Below the pieces are notes generated by a model, which searched no databases, was not told where the DNA came from, and worked only from the letters and a program-made list of their open reading frames with translations. DNA of 64,000 nucleotides from an uncultured Gemmatimonadaceae bacterium (GTDB lineage: Bacteria; Gemmatimonadota; Gemmatimonadetes; Gemmatimonadales; Gemmatimonadaceae). Below are positions 20,204-30,097 of the stretch, in pieces; the first letter of the stretch is position 1; each line of letters starts with the position of its first letter. The stretch covers positions 1-64,000 of the forward strand of contig CAWAGQ010000012.1 in NCBI GenBank assembly GCA_963781585.1. The letters run 5' to 3'. Made by a program: the position numbers and the translations under genes.

Positions 20204-22207
20204 TTATTTCGAACCGTTGCCCGGCGGGCGAATCGCCGCGCCTTCGTCGATGATGTGTGGCGTGATCAGAATCAGCAGGTCCTGCTTGATCTCCTGGCTG
20301 TCGGTCTGCGAGAAGAGCCGGCCGAGGAGCGGGAGATCGGACAGAATCGGGATGCCGGACCTGTTCTTGGTGACCTGGGTTTGCGTGAGGCCGCCGATGA
20401 CCGCCGTCTCGCCGTCGTTGACGAGGAGCTGGGTGGTGGCGTTCCGCTTGTCGATGTTGAAGCCCAGGTCGCCGCCGATGATGTTGAGCGAGGACTGTTC
20501 GGCCTCGATCGTCATCCGGATCTGGCGGTTGTTGGTGATATGCGGGGTGACCGTGAGGATGATACCGGTCTCCTTGAACTGGACGTTGGCGCGGACCGGC
20601 GCGCCGACCTGGGCCGCGGCACCGGCGTCGATGACGCGGACCGGGGTTTCCTGGCCGACGAGGATCCGGGCCTGGCGGTTGTCGAGCGTGGTCACGCTCG
20701 GTTCGGCCTGGATGTCGGACAACTGCTCCGAGCGCAGGGCGTCGATGAACGACGTGAGGCTGTATTTGCCGAGGGCGGTGGAGAACAGGATGTTGAGGGC
20801 ACTCCCGTTCTTGTACTTGCGCTGGGCATTGGCGACGCCGGCCAGCGCGTCGCCGCCTAACGAAACGCGGCCTTCGCGGTCATCCACGGTCGTCTCGGCA
20901 CCCGGCTTGTTGCGGGGCAGCAGCGTATTGAAGTAGGACGAGGCGCTGCCGAGGTCGTAGCTGACCCCGAGCTGTTCGATCGACGTACGGTTCACCGAGA
21001 TGAGCTTGGCCTTGAGCACGACCTGCGGGGTTCGCACGTCGAGCTGCTTGACGTACGTCATCAGGGCCGGGAGGCGCGAGGTGACTTCGGTGATGATCAG
21101 CGAGTTCGTGCCGCTGTCGGCGGCGACGTTGCCGCGAACGAGGCACCACGCCTGTCCCGGCTGCTGGTTGCCGGTGGCGGGCGGGGGTGACTGCGGACAG
21201 TCCTTCGACAGCAGTCCTACGATCGTGGGGACGAGCGACGAGGCCGACACGTAGTTGATGTTCACCATCTGGGTGGTGAGCGGTTCGCTGGCCTGCCGTT
21301 CGAGGATGTTCTGGTAGCTATCGACCGTGATGATGCCGGTGGAGTCTTCGGTGGCGGCGAGGCCCTGGGACTCGAGAATCGCCTTCAGCGCGACGTCCCA
21401 CGGCTGATCCTTGATCTCGGCGGTGATGGTTCCGGTGACGCTCTTGCCGACCACGATGGTCCGGCCGGTCTGGGCGGCGAAGCCCGCGATGACGTCGCGG
21501 ATATCGGCGTCCTGCCAGGACACCGTCACGCGCTGCTGCTGCGACTGTTGCGAGAAGAGGGGGACCGGATCACGCAGCGCCTGCTGGGTGACCGGAGTGG
21601 TGGGCGCCGCGCGATCGCTGGTGATGGCGGGGACCGCGAGGGTCGGCGGTGCGACCGCGGAATCGATCACTTCCCCGCCGGCGTCGGACACGGTACTCAG
21701 CGCGACGGCCGGTCGCTCGACGACGGGGGCAGCGGCGACCGCCGCGCCCTGGTTTTGCGAATGCCAGGCCGCGAATTTCTCCGGGGTGGCCAGGGAGATG
21801 CGCACCTCGGCATCACTGTGCGAGACGACGTAGGTGTGCGGGACGTCGAGATCGAGCACGATGCGAACGATGTCGGGCCGATACTGCGAGATCCTTATAT
21901 TCAGGATGCCGCCCCGCGCCTTGCGGTCGTAGCTCCGGTCGAGCGCCGTGAGACGCGCGCCCGAGAGATCGACCACGATGCGATGCGGGGCTTCGACGGT
22001 GAAGTCCTGGACCGACACCGGCCCGGACAGGGCGATGATGACGTCCGCGCGACCGTCGGCCGGCACGACGCTGAGCGCCGTGACGGCGCTTGCCGCGGCC
22101 CGCGCGGTGCGGGCGGACGGCACGGTGAGGTGCGCGGCACGCGCGCGCCCGGCGCTGATGCCCAGCGCGAGCGCCGACAGCGTGGCCAGCGTACAGACTC
22201 GCCTCAT
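20204..22207 (-). CDS. pilQ: Type IV pilus secretin with AMIN domain
   Basis: PHRIVVDL (AMIN), QDADIRDVI, DQPWDVAL, LDVRTPQV, TGIILTVTPHIT, GIPILSDLPLLGRLF. Confidence 0.93.
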   Translation of the reverse strand: MRRVCTLATLSALALGISAGRARAAHLTVPSARTARAAASAVTALSVVPADGRADVIIALSGPVSVQDFTVEAPHRIVVDLSGARLTALDRSYDRKARGGILNIRISQYRPDIVRIVLDLDVPHTYVVSHSDAEVRISLATPEKFAAWHSQNQGAAVAAAPVVERPAVALSTVSDAGGEVIDSAVAPPTLAVPAITSDRAAPTTPVTQQALRDPVPLFSQQSQQQRVTVSWQDADIRDVIAGFAAQTGRTIVVGKSVTGTITAEIKDQPWDVALKAILESQGLAATEDSTGIITVDSYQNILERQASEPLTTQMVNINYVSASSLVPTIVGLLSKDCPQSPPPATGNQQPGQAWCLVRGNVAADSGTNSLIITEVTSRLPALMTYVKQLDVRTPQVVLKAKLISVNRTSIEQLGVSYDLGSASSYFNTLLPRNKPGAETTVDDREGRVSLGGDALAGVANAQRKYKNGSALNILFSTALGKYSLTSFIDALRSEQLSDIQAEPSVTTLDNRQARILVGQETPVRVIDAGAAAQVGAPVRANVQFKETGIILTVTPHITNNRQIRMTIEAEQSSLNIIGGDLGFNIDKRNATTQLLVNDGETAVIGGLTQTQVTKNRSGIPILSDLPLLGRLFSQTDSQEIKQDLLILITPHIIDEGAAIRPPGNGSK

Positions 22208-22815
22208 TTCGTCCTCTCTTTGTTGGAATCACCCAGCGCCAGCGTTTCCTGGCGGCTGAAGCCGAATTCTTCGATGGTGAACGTCACTGCCTTGGGATCG
22301 ATGCGCGCGACCCGGATGCGGCCTAACGTCTGGCCGACGCGGACGCGATACTGTTCCTTGGTGCTCAGGTCCCGGAGGATGGCGACCGAGCTGCGTCCGG
22401 AGGCGTCGTAGACGATGCCCGACACCTGCAGGTCGGTGATCACCGGGCGGAGTTCGCCGGTGGCCATCAGCGAGACGAACGGATCGCGCCGCCCGTCGGG
22501 CTGGTAACTGAAGACTTCCCGGTCGAAGGTGCCGGCCGGGCGCTCGACCGAGGGGACGGCGGTGCTGCCGGCAGCGCTCTCCGTCGCCCGGCCGGATGCG
22601 GCCGCCTGCGCCGAGTCGGCCGAGGCCGCGGGCGGCTTGCCGCCCTGCGCCGGCATCGAGTCCTGATTGGCGGTCATGGTCGCCGTGTGGGCGTTGGTGG
22701 CCTGGACGGCTCGCTTCGCCGCTTCCTTGGATTTGGTGATGGGAGGCAGCGACTGGGCCGGCAGGGTGCCGGCCGCGAACAGCCCGAGCAGCACCGTGAA
22801 GCGCGCGCGACTCAT
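22204..22815 (-). CDS. pilP: PilP-like protein
   Basis: FSYQPDGRRDPF motif, GIVYD, YRVRVGQTLG; lies between pilO and pilQ. Confidence 0.75.
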   Translation of the reverse strand: MSRARFTVLLGLFAAGTLPAQSLPPITKSKEAAKRAVQATNAHTATMTANQDSMPAQGGKPPAASADSAQAAASGRATESAAGSTAVPSVERPAGTFDREVFSYQPDGRRDPFVSLMATGELRPVITDLQVSGIVYDASGRSSVAILRDLSTKEQYRVRVGQTLGRIRVARIDPKAVTFTIEEFGFSRQETLALGDSNKERTK

Positions 22816-23426
22816 GACTTCCCTCCCCGCGCCGCGGGCGCGGACCTGATCACGTAGGTCTGGATTTCGAATTTCGACTCGATCGCCGCGGTGCCGGGAC
22901 GAACCAGCTTGACCGCGGTGGCGTTCGGGTTGGTGGCCGGCGCCAGCGACAGATTCACCGGCGCGACGATTCTGGTCAGCGAGCCCACATTGCTGAGGAA
23001 CGCGCCTAACGCGTGGAAGCCGCCGGTGACGGACACCTTGTAGCGATAGGTATCGAACATCTCGCCCTCGATCACGGGCTGCGGCTCCACGGCCGAGATG
23101 TCGAGCCCGGCGCGGCGCGCCGAAGTCGAGACCTGCTCGAGGAGCGACGGGAGCTCGTTGCCGGTGGGCACCAGCTGGCGCATCACGTCCAGGTCGCGCG
23201 CGTACTGCTCGGCTTCCTTCTGCACGTCGCCCGCCGATCCCTTGGCCGTTTCGGTCCGGGCGCGGTCGTTGGCGTGCTCGAGCGAATCCACGCGGACGGT
23301 GAGGGTCGCCAGCTCCGTCTGCTTGGGCGAATAGACGTACATCCAGTACAGGGCAGCCAGCGCCACCGCGATGATGCAAACCAGCACCATCGCCTGGTCA
23401 CGCTGATTCTTGGGCAGGAGTGCCAT
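22812..23426 (-). CDS. pilO: Type IV pilus assembly protein PilO
   Basis: N-terminal TM, LVPTGNELPSLLEQV, VTGGFHALGAFLSNVGSLTRIV. Confidence 0.9.
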   Translation of the reverse strand: MALLPKNQRDQAMVLVCIIAVALAALYWMYVYSPKQTELATLTVRVDSLEHANDRARTETAKGSAGDVQKEAEQYARDLDVMRQLVPTGNELPSLLEQVSTSARRAGLDISAVEPQPVIEGEMFDTYRYKVSVTGGFHALGAFLSNVGSLTRIVAPVNLSLAPATNPNATAVKLVRPGTAAIESKFEIQTYVIRSAPAARGGKS

Positions 23427-23428
23427 GG

Positions 23429-24136
23429 TTACCTCACCGACAGCGTGACGGGGGCGGTCATGAGCGCCGACTTGTCCGGACGCTCGTACTGCGCTTCGAG
23501 TTCGAATTCGGTGACTTCCTTCCCGTCGACCATCGCCAGCTGGGACCGCGCCAGTTGCACGTTCTGGATGAACGGCGAGGTCTCGAGCAGTTTCATGAAG
23601 CGCGTGAGCGCCTGGATGTCTACGGTGTTGCCCACGATGCGGAACCGTGGGGGCTCGGCTTCGGGCGTCGGGTCCTTGGCGCCGGCGGCGGCCGCGGGGG
23701 CCGACGGGGTGGCCACCGCGGTGACCGCGGCGAGGGACTTGAGCCAGGTGTACGGCGGCAGCGCCCGGCTGACCTCGTCCATGACGTGGGGCCAGACGAA
23801 CCGGTCGTCGTCGATCGCGCGAATGACCTGCAGCTGGCGCAGGACCGAATCGCGCTTGGCGGTGGCCCGCCGGTGTTCCCGCAGTACCGTCGCGAAACGT
23901 ACCGAGTCGGCGACCGCCTTCTGCTCACGGACTCCCAGATCAGCCGCCTTGGCGGTCTGCGAGAAGTAGAGGAGGCCAACCGCACCGGCGGCGACCAGCA
24001 CGCTGGCCGCGGCGCTGAGCATGAAGGGATCCTTGACCCGCGCTCGCGCGCCGGCCGCGACGGCCACGAGCGAAAAGCCCGTGCCGCGTCCCTTCGTCTT
24101 CCGTGCCGCACCCGGCAGCAGATTGATTTCAATCAT
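23429..24136 (-). CDS. pilN: Type IV pilus assembly protein PilN
   Basis: MIEINLLP, WPHVMDEVSRALPPYTWL, FMKLLETSPF. Confidence 0.9.
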   Translation of the reverse strand: MIEINLLPGAARKTKGRGTGFSLVAVAAGARARVKDPFMLSAAASVLVAAGAVGLLYFSQTAKAADLGVREQKAVADSVRFATVLREHRRATAKRDSVLRQLQVIRAIDDDRFVWPHVMDEVSRALPPYTWLKSLAAVTAVATPSAPAAAAGAKDPTPEAEPPRFRIVGNTVDIQALTRFMKLLETSPFIQNVQLARSQLAMVDGKEVTEFELEAQYERPDKSALMTAPVTLSVR

Positions 24137-24157
24137 CGTTATGCGCTCAGAGAGGAC

Positions 24158-25201
24158 TCACGCGGCCTTGCGCAGTGCGAGGCCGATGGGGAGCATGAGA
24201 AGGGGCGCCACCTCGTCGGTCACCAACCCGTCGAGGGCGCCGTCGCGAACACGGAGGTTGGCCAGGGGATTGGCCTGCTCCACCGGAAGGCGCAGCCGGC
24301 GTCCGAGCGCCTCGGCCAGACCGGGGACGCGTGAGCCGCCGCCGCAGAGGTACACGGCGCGCATCTGGCTGCCGGTCCGCGACGAGGAGGCCAGAAACGC
24401 CGCCGCCCGCTCGACGCCAACCGCGATCTCCTCGCCCCGCCCTTCGATGACGGCGTCGAGGTGCGGCGAGCGGTCATAGCCCTGCAGCAACGACTCCGCT
24501 TCCTCGGCGCCGAGGCCGCGCTCCCGCTGCAGGTCCTCGCGAAACCGCCGCGTCCCGACCGTGATGTCGCGGGTGAGGATCGGCACTCCCTCGTCGAGGA
24601 TGTTGATGTTGGTGACTTCGTGTCCGATGTTGATCAGCCCCACCACGCCGCTCATCGCGTCGGGATGATTGACCTCGAACGCGTTGTGGAGGGCGAATGC
24701 ATCGACGTCCACCACCGACACGTTCAACCCTGCGTCGGACAGCAGCCGGATCTTCGATTCGATCAGGTCGCGCTTGGCGGCCACCAGCAGCACGCTCATG
24801 TCCATGCCGTCGCCTTCGGGATCGAGGATCTGGAAGTCCAGCTCCACCGACTCCATGTCGAACGGCACGTGCTGCTCGGCCTCCCAGCGCATCAGCTCGC
24901 GCGCCTGTTGATCCTTCACGCGCTCGATCTGGATTTTCTTGATGATGACGTCGCGCCCGCCGACCGCGGTGACGACGTCGTGTGATTTCACGCCGGACTG
25001 CTCGAGCGCCGACCGGATCGCGTCGGTGACGATGCCCGGGTCCATCACCTCGCCCTCGACGATGGCGTCGGCCAGGAGGGGGGTGATCACGACGCGCGCC
25101 AGTTCCGGCTCACCTGGTCCGTGTTCCACGACCGCGACCTTGATGAGTCCTGAACCGACGTCGAGTCCGATCGTCGTCTTTTTGCGACCGAAGAGCGCCA
25201 T
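24158..25201 (-). CDS. pilM: Type IV pilus assembly protein PilM
   Basis: IGLDVGSGLIK, EAEQHVPF, VLLVAAK, VDVDAFAL, YLCGGGS, IGLALR. Confidence 0.93.
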   Translation of the reverse strand: MALFGRKKTTIGLDVGSGLIKVAVVEHGPGEPELARVVITPLLADAIVEGEVMDPGIVTDAIRSALEQSGVKSHDVVTAVGGRDVIIKKIQIERVKDQQARELMRWEAEQHVPFDMESVELDFQILDPEGDGMDMSVLLVAAKRDLIESKIRLLSDAGLNVSVVDVDAFALHNAFEVNHPDAMSGVVGLINIGHEVTNINILDEGVPILTRDITVGTRRFREDLQRERGLGAEEAESLLQGYDRSPHLDAVIEGRGEEIAVGVERAAAFLASSSRTGSQMRAVYLCGGGSRVPGLAEALGRRLRLPVEQANPLANLRVRDGALDGLVTDEVAPLLMLPIGLALRKAA

Positions 25202-25624
25202 AACGAGTTGGCCGAGTGCGGTGTGAATCCGATGCCGGGAATCGCGGGAGCGCGAGCTCGGCGTGGTCTTTTCGTGTGCGTCGTGCGAAGGCGTCGGCGG
25301 ATCCGGCAACTCCGCATAACGAGGGGATCAGCGCGGCCGGGAACGCGAGCCTTCAGTTGAGACGCTGCGGCGACATTGCCGGCGCGGCGCGAACGGAGAG
25401 GGCACTTTGTCCCGTCGGTCGGTCGATTCTGCCATGTACACGACCGTCCCTGAGGGGGAGTAACAGCAGAGTGCGGCGCGCGTTGCGAATTCCCGCAGGG
25501 GTGAGCAGGATCACCTTGCGGCGGTGACGGTATGGGGAGATTGGAGTCAAAAAGGCCGCTGGAGAGAGGCAACCGGCACCGCCCGGAGGCCAGGGCACAC
25601 CCGCAGCACGAGGCAGTGCCGCGT

Positions 25625-26899
25625 CTACGGCAGCTCGGCCCACGCGCGTTCTTCCACGCGTTTGAGCAGCGCCGAGCCGTATAGCGCGCTCTCCAGTCCG
25701 CAGGCGGAGTACCGGATCAGCCCACCACTTCCTATGACGCTGTGGTCGCCTGGCGCCAACCGGGAATCACTCGCGAACGCCGCGCCGACAATCGATCCGC
25801 CGCCCGCCCCGGTGACGATGTCATCGCGCGCGATCACCAGCCCCACGAACGACGCGCCCGCCACCAACCGCACGTCGCCCTCGGCCAGCAGGATTCCCTG
25901 CCCCCTCCCACCAGCGATCGTCACATCGCCGCGCGCCCAGATGACCGGGAAGTAATCGGCGCAGGGCGACGCCCGGAACGGATCGCCCCAGTTGGCCGGG
26001 ACGCCGCGCTGGCACGCTCCGGCTGACGCCTGGGGAGCGGGGGTCACCGAGACGTTAGGCGGCAGGACGACGTCGGCGTCGGCGGCGAGAGACTGCCAGG
26101 TCCGATCTCCAAAGACCAGATAGCGCAGCGAGTCGGCGGCGGCCGGATCCTCCAGCCGGGGAGGAAGCCCCCGTACGTTCCCGGCGGACGCTCCGCCGCA
26201 AGTGCCGTCGCAGATGGCCAGCGTGTCAGGAGCCGCGACCCCGGCGATCGATGGCGACGGTGTCGCGCAGGACGCAATCACGCCCGGACCCGCGACTACG
26301 CTGTCGGCCCCTTCCACCCGTCCGCCGGTTTCCACTTCGACGCTGTCGCGCGCGGTCAGAGCCGCCGCCACATCCGGCTCTGCCAGATTGAGCCGGTAGA
26401 GTACGTTCACGAGCCGGCGCGCATCGGCACCGAGCGAGGCCGCGCCGGCGGTCCCCTCGCTCGCCACCCAGAACGACACCATGCTGCTGCGCGTGGCCCG
26501 AGCCACGGCCGTGGCCCCAGCCAGGGCCGTGGTGAACGGGCCCAGCGTGCCTCCGACCGCGGTGGACAGGCTCAGGTCCGGAGTCCAGTCGCGCATGAGC
26601 GCGGTGGCCCCGTACTCTGCCGCCTCGAGCGCCTGCCGTTCGCTGAGCGCATTGTGACCGGCGCGCGCCTCCTGCATGGCGAAGAACGCCGAGCCGGCGA
26701 TGAACAGCGAGACGACCGCGAGCGAAATCAGTGCCGCCGGCAGCGCGATGCCGCGACGAGGCGGCCGGCTGGCCGGCCCCGGCACGCAGGCGGCGGAGAG
26801 ACTGATCGGCTGGTCCGGCGCGACGGCGAAGATCCGATTTGCGGGAGTTCGAGTCCAGCGGGATGCCGCCCGCGAGGCGGCGTGGGTGAGCGTTTTCAT
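25625..26899 (-). CDS. Large minor pilin, PilX-like (second set)
   Basis: RRG|IALPAALISLAVV, ALEAAEYG; C-terminus similar to 3914..5107 (GRGQGILL, ACGLESALYGS). Confidence 0.78.
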   Translation of the reverse strand: MKTLTHAASRAASRWTRTPANRIFAVAPDQPISLSAACVPGPASRPPRRGIALPAALISLAVVSLFIAGSAFFAMQEARAGHNALSERQALEAAEYGATALMRDWTPDLSLSTAVGGTLGPFTTALAGATAVARATRSSMVSFWVASEGTAGAASLGADARRLVNVLYRLNLAEPDVAAALTARDSVEVETGGRVEGADSVVAGPGVIASCATPSPSIAGVAAPDTLAICDGTCGGASAGNVRGLPPRLEDPAAADSLRYLVFGDRTWQSLAADADVVLPPNVSVTPAPQASAGACQRGVPANWGDPFRASPCADYFPVIWARGDVTIAGGRGQGILLAEGDVRLVAGASFVGLVIARDDIVTGAGGGSIVGAAFASDSRLAPGDHSVIGSGGLIRYSACGLESALYGSALLKRVEERAWAELP

Positions 26900-27852
26900 C
26901 TGCGATTCCTCAACGCGATGATCGATGCCAGGGAGTCGGTGCGGACCCCGCGTACCACGCCGTCCAGGCGCACTGCGCCGCGGGTCAGGGCGCGTGCCGT
27001 CACCGACAGTCGCGCGGCCGCGGCAGGCGGGAGACCCGGCGGCAGCTGCACGCCCAGCGAGTCCCAGGCCGCGAACGCGATTCCTCCGGCGCCGGGCCGG
27101 GCGCGGTTATACGGTACCAGCCGGTCGCTCACGGGCTGAATCACGTTCCAGGCTGCTGCGGCCGGATTCCAGTCCGCCCAGCCAAGAGCGGTCTCTCCGG
27201 TAGACGTGCGATAAAGCGCGAATCGCGAAAGCCGCGTTAGGCGGACGGTCGTACCTGCCGCGATGGTGGCCGGGAGCGACGTGGCAGCACTCAACGTCAG
27301 TCGCCACCCGACGCGGCCGGCATCGAGGACCGGATCGACGAAGGGCGTGCCGGCGCAGGCGCCCGTCAACGGTACGGCGCTGATCACCAGGGCCGGTACC
27401 CATCGGTCGTCCGATGACGCCGGCAACGCGCCTTCGTCGCGTACCCAGATCGAGTCCCCCGCCCGCGGACGGGACGCGAAGCTGGCCAGCCGCTGACCGC
27501 TGGCGACCACGCTTGGCGCCAGATCGACGAGGGTCGGTGCCACCGCACACGCCAGGGCGCTGCCCGCCAGCGAGCGGTAGACGATGGCCGAGTCGGTGAT
27601 GCCTGCGATGTCGCCGGCAGCGCTGGATGCGGACCGCAGTTCTTCGGCAATCGCGTCGTGCGCCGCGGACATCTGCGTGCGGGTCTCGAGGATGCGGTTG
27701 ATGCCATCGTGGAACCGTGCCTGCCGATCGAGGGCGCGCACCATCGCGCCGGCGACGACGCCGAACACGGCGAGCGCCACGATCAGCTCGATGAGGGAGG
27801 TGCCGCGGGGCCCTCGACGCCGCACCGCGGACCACGCCGTCACGGATCGCAT
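26896..27852 (-). CDS. Minor pilin, PilW-like (second set)
   Basis: PRG|TSLIELIVALAVFG, ends IIALRNRR; paralog of 2976..3917. Confidence 0.82.
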   Translation of the reverse strand: MRSVTAWSAVRRRGPRGTSLIELIVALAVFGVVAGAMVRALDRQARFHDGINRILETRTQMSAAHDAIAEELRSASSAAGDIAGITDSAIVYRSLAGSALACAVAPTLVDLAPSVVASGQRLASFASRPRAGDSIWVRDEGALPASSDDRWVPALVISAVPLTGACAGTPFVDPVLDAGRVGWRLTLSAATSLPATIAAGTTVRLTRLSRFALYRTSTGETALGWADWNPAAAAWNVIQPVSDRLVPYNRARPGAGGIAFAAWDSLGVQLPPGLPPAAAARLSVTARALTRGAVRLDGVVRGVRTDSLASIIALRNRR

Positions 27853-28247
27853 GGCAGGAGCGCGTCAAGGATGAACGTGCGGGTACGGCCGCTCCGAGCC
27901 GTGGTGAGCGTGAGGCGCACCGCCCGGCTGCGCGGCGCCGTGCTGACGGTCCAGGCGACGGTGCCGCCCACGAAGGTGTCCAGTCCGGGGGCGAGTGTCG
28001 CGCAGGGCGTGGCCCGGAGCGAGTCGAGCCGCGCTCCGGCCACTTCCGCGACATCGAGGAGTCGGCGGGCGTCGCCCGTCTGGGCGGCGATGAACGTCGC
28101 CGTGGATGCAAGTCCCAGGATCCCGACCGCGAAGATCATGATAGCCAGGAGCACTTCGGGAAGCGTGAAGGCGGCGCGGCCATCGGCCTGGCGGGTCGCC
28201 ACGAAACGGCGTGGAAGGTGGGAGGTCATTGGCGAGGAGTATGACAT
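27840..28247 (-). CDS. Minor pilin, PilV-like (second set)
   Basis: AA|FTLPEVLLAIMIFAVGILGLA, RLDSL, ends LPCDP (first set ends IPCRD). Confidence 0.8.
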   Translation of the reverse strand: MSYSSPMTSHLPRRFVATRQADGRAAFTLPEVLLAIMIFAVGILGLASTATFIAAQTGDARRLLDVAEVAGARLDSLRATPCATLAPGLDTFVGGTVAWTVSTAPRSRAVRLTLTTARSGRTRTFILDALLPCDP

Positions 28248-28476
28248 CCGCGGCGCCGAAGACCGTCATCGTTTCATGGCGAGGATAAGCATGGCTCTGC
28301 ATCCGCGGCCTGCAGGAGAACCCGGCGGGGCCGAGATGGCCGTCGGCCGGGCCGGCGCGTCGACTGGCGTGGGTTGCGGGCGGTGCCGATCTCTGGCCGC
28401 GCCGCGCGAGGTCGCGCGGTGGCTCGCCACTCGCGTTAGGCAGCTGGCGAGAGAATCGAACCGGCGCCGGTGTGCA

Positions 28477-28514
28477 AACGGAAGGGCGGCGGCCTTTCGG
28501 CCGCCGCCCGTTCC
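28477..28514 (-). terminator. Terminator hairpin after pilA
   Basis: 11-bp stem GGGCGGCGGCC/GGCCGCCGCCC with GAAA loop on the minus strand, followed by TTCCGTTT. Confidence 0.75.
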
Positions 28515-28544
28515 ACCTCGTAACTGTGGGAGGGTGCTACGAGG

Positions 28545-28952
28545 CTAGTTGCACTTCGGCTCGCCGTCGACCGTAGCCGGAGCAACCACACCGACGTTGA
28601 CGAACATGGCGCACGTCTTGGTGGTGGCCGAGTGGGCCGCCGTCGCGCTCCAACCCGTCCCGCCTGTCGCCGCGGCAACCACCGTCACGCCGGCCGACGG
28701 AACGAAACCGTTGATCGCCGCCGTACCACCAGAGTTGTTCTGGCCGGTACCCGACGTGTACACCTGGAAGTCGGCGAAGTATGCTTCCTCGGTGGTCGCC
28801 ATGTTGCGAAGATCCGACTTCATCGACGCGAGGTACGCCTTCTCCTTCGTGTTCGCGAACTTCGGGATCGCGATCGCGGCCAGGATGCCGATGATCACGA
28901 CGACGATGAGAAGTTCGATCAGCGTGAAGCCCTTGCGAATCGTGTTGCGCAT
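28545..28952 (-). CDS. pilA: Type IVa major pilin
   Basis: MRNTIRKG|FTLIELLIVVVIIGILAAIAIPKF; 135 aa, C-terminal Cys pair; own promoter and terminator. Confidence 0.9.
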   Translation of the reverse strand: MRNTIRKGFTLIELLIVVVIIGILAAIAIPKFANTKEKAYLASMKSDLRNMATTEEAYFADFQVYTSGTGQNNSGGTAAINGFVPSAGVTVVAAATGGTGWSATAAHSATTKTCAMFVNVGVVAPATVDGEPKCN

Positions 28953-29019
28953 GCTTGGTCTCCGGGGGTCCCGTTGGAGGTGGATTCTGCTCGAGACGAC
29001 TGCTTTGGTCTCCGTATGA

Positions 29020-29035
29020 GGCAACGCGTGGACCA
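29020..29035 (-). promoter_or_regulatory. Sigma-54 (-24/-12) promoter of pilA
   Basis: Minus strand TGGTCCACGCGTTGCC = GG-N10-GC about 70 bp upstream of the pilA ATG; PilR-type activator encoded nearby. Confidence 0.65.
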
Positions 29036-29278
29036 GCAGCCGTTCCCGATTACATCTACTTGCCCTGCAATCGGTTGGACGTTTGGGCAGATCGCTCGCA
29101 GGTCGCATTGCCCTGAGTGTTTTGCGCCCTGTCTTGCAGTCTGCCATGCCGCTCACGTCGAGTGATGCTGCCCTCCCGCCGGTTGCGCCCGCCCGGTCTT
29201 CAGCAAGCGTCAAGCACGAGCTTGAGAACACCCGCAAGACGCGACGGGAACGACGGAGGTAACGCGGATTTCGGCGCG

Positions 29279-30097
29279 TCAGCGCGGTGCGGCGTCGCTT
29301 GTGTTTCGCGTCACCGGCGGAAGCAGGTTGAAGCGCACAATGTGCCAGATCGCGGCCACGCCATCGCGCCAACCGATCTTCTTTCCCTCGGCGTACGTTC
29401 GACCGGAATAGCTGATCGGAACCTCGAAGATCCTGGCTCCAGCCTGTGCCAGACGTGCCGTCACCTCGGGCTCGAAGCCGAACCGATCCGACGTCAACGT
29501 GAGCGCGCGCGCGACATCGCCGCGAATCGCCTTGTAGCACGTCTCCATGTCGGTCAGGTTCAGGTTCGTGCACATGTTGCTGACGGTGGTGAGGATCCAG
29601 TTCCCCACGGAGTGCCAGTAGTAGAGCACGCGATGCGGGCCGCTGAGGAACCGCGAGCCGAACACGGCGTCGGCTCTTCCCTCGATGATCGGATCGAGGA
29701 GCTGCGGCCAGTCGGCGGGATCGTATTCGAGATCGGCATCCTGCACGATGACCACGTTGCCGGTGCTCGCCCGGAGTGCGCTGCGGATCGCGGCCCCTTT
29801 TCCCTCGTTCCGCTCCTTGTGGATGAGCTGATCGATGCGGCCGTCGCGCTTGAGCCGGTCGAGCACGTCGCGGGTGCCATCGGTCGAACAGTCGTTGACG
29901 CAGATGATCTCCATGTTCACCGGCACCGAGCGTACCTGGTCGATGATCAGCTCGATGGTGGTGCGCTCGTTGTAGACCGGAATGAGCACCGACAGGCGCA
30001 CCTCGTCGGGCTCGATCGGCGTGCGGCCCCGCATGCGCGGGATCAGCCCCTCCATCGCCGCGGCGTTGAGCGGAGTCATTCGGCGGGGACTGGTCAT
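29279..30097 (-). CDS. Family 2 glycosyltransferase (polyprenol-phosphate glycosyltransferase/DPM1-like)
   Basis: LSVLIPVYNE, NDCSTDGT, NEGKGAA, QDADLEYDP, VFGSRF, LTDMETCYK, FGFEPEVT. Confidence 0.9.
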   Translation of the reverse strand: MTSPRRMTPLNAAAMEGLIPRMRGRTPIEPDEVRLSVLIPVYNERTTIELIIDQVRSVPVNMEIICVNDCSTDGTRDVLDRLKRDGRIDQLIHKERNEGKGAAIRSALRASTGNVVIVQDADLEYDPADWPQLLDPIIEGRADAVFGSRFLSGPHRVLYYWHSVGNWILTTVSNMCTNLNLTDMETCYKAIRGDVARALTLTSDRFGFEPEVTARLAQAGARIFEVPISYSGRTYAEGKKIGWRDGVAAIWHIVRFNLLPPVTRNTSDAAPR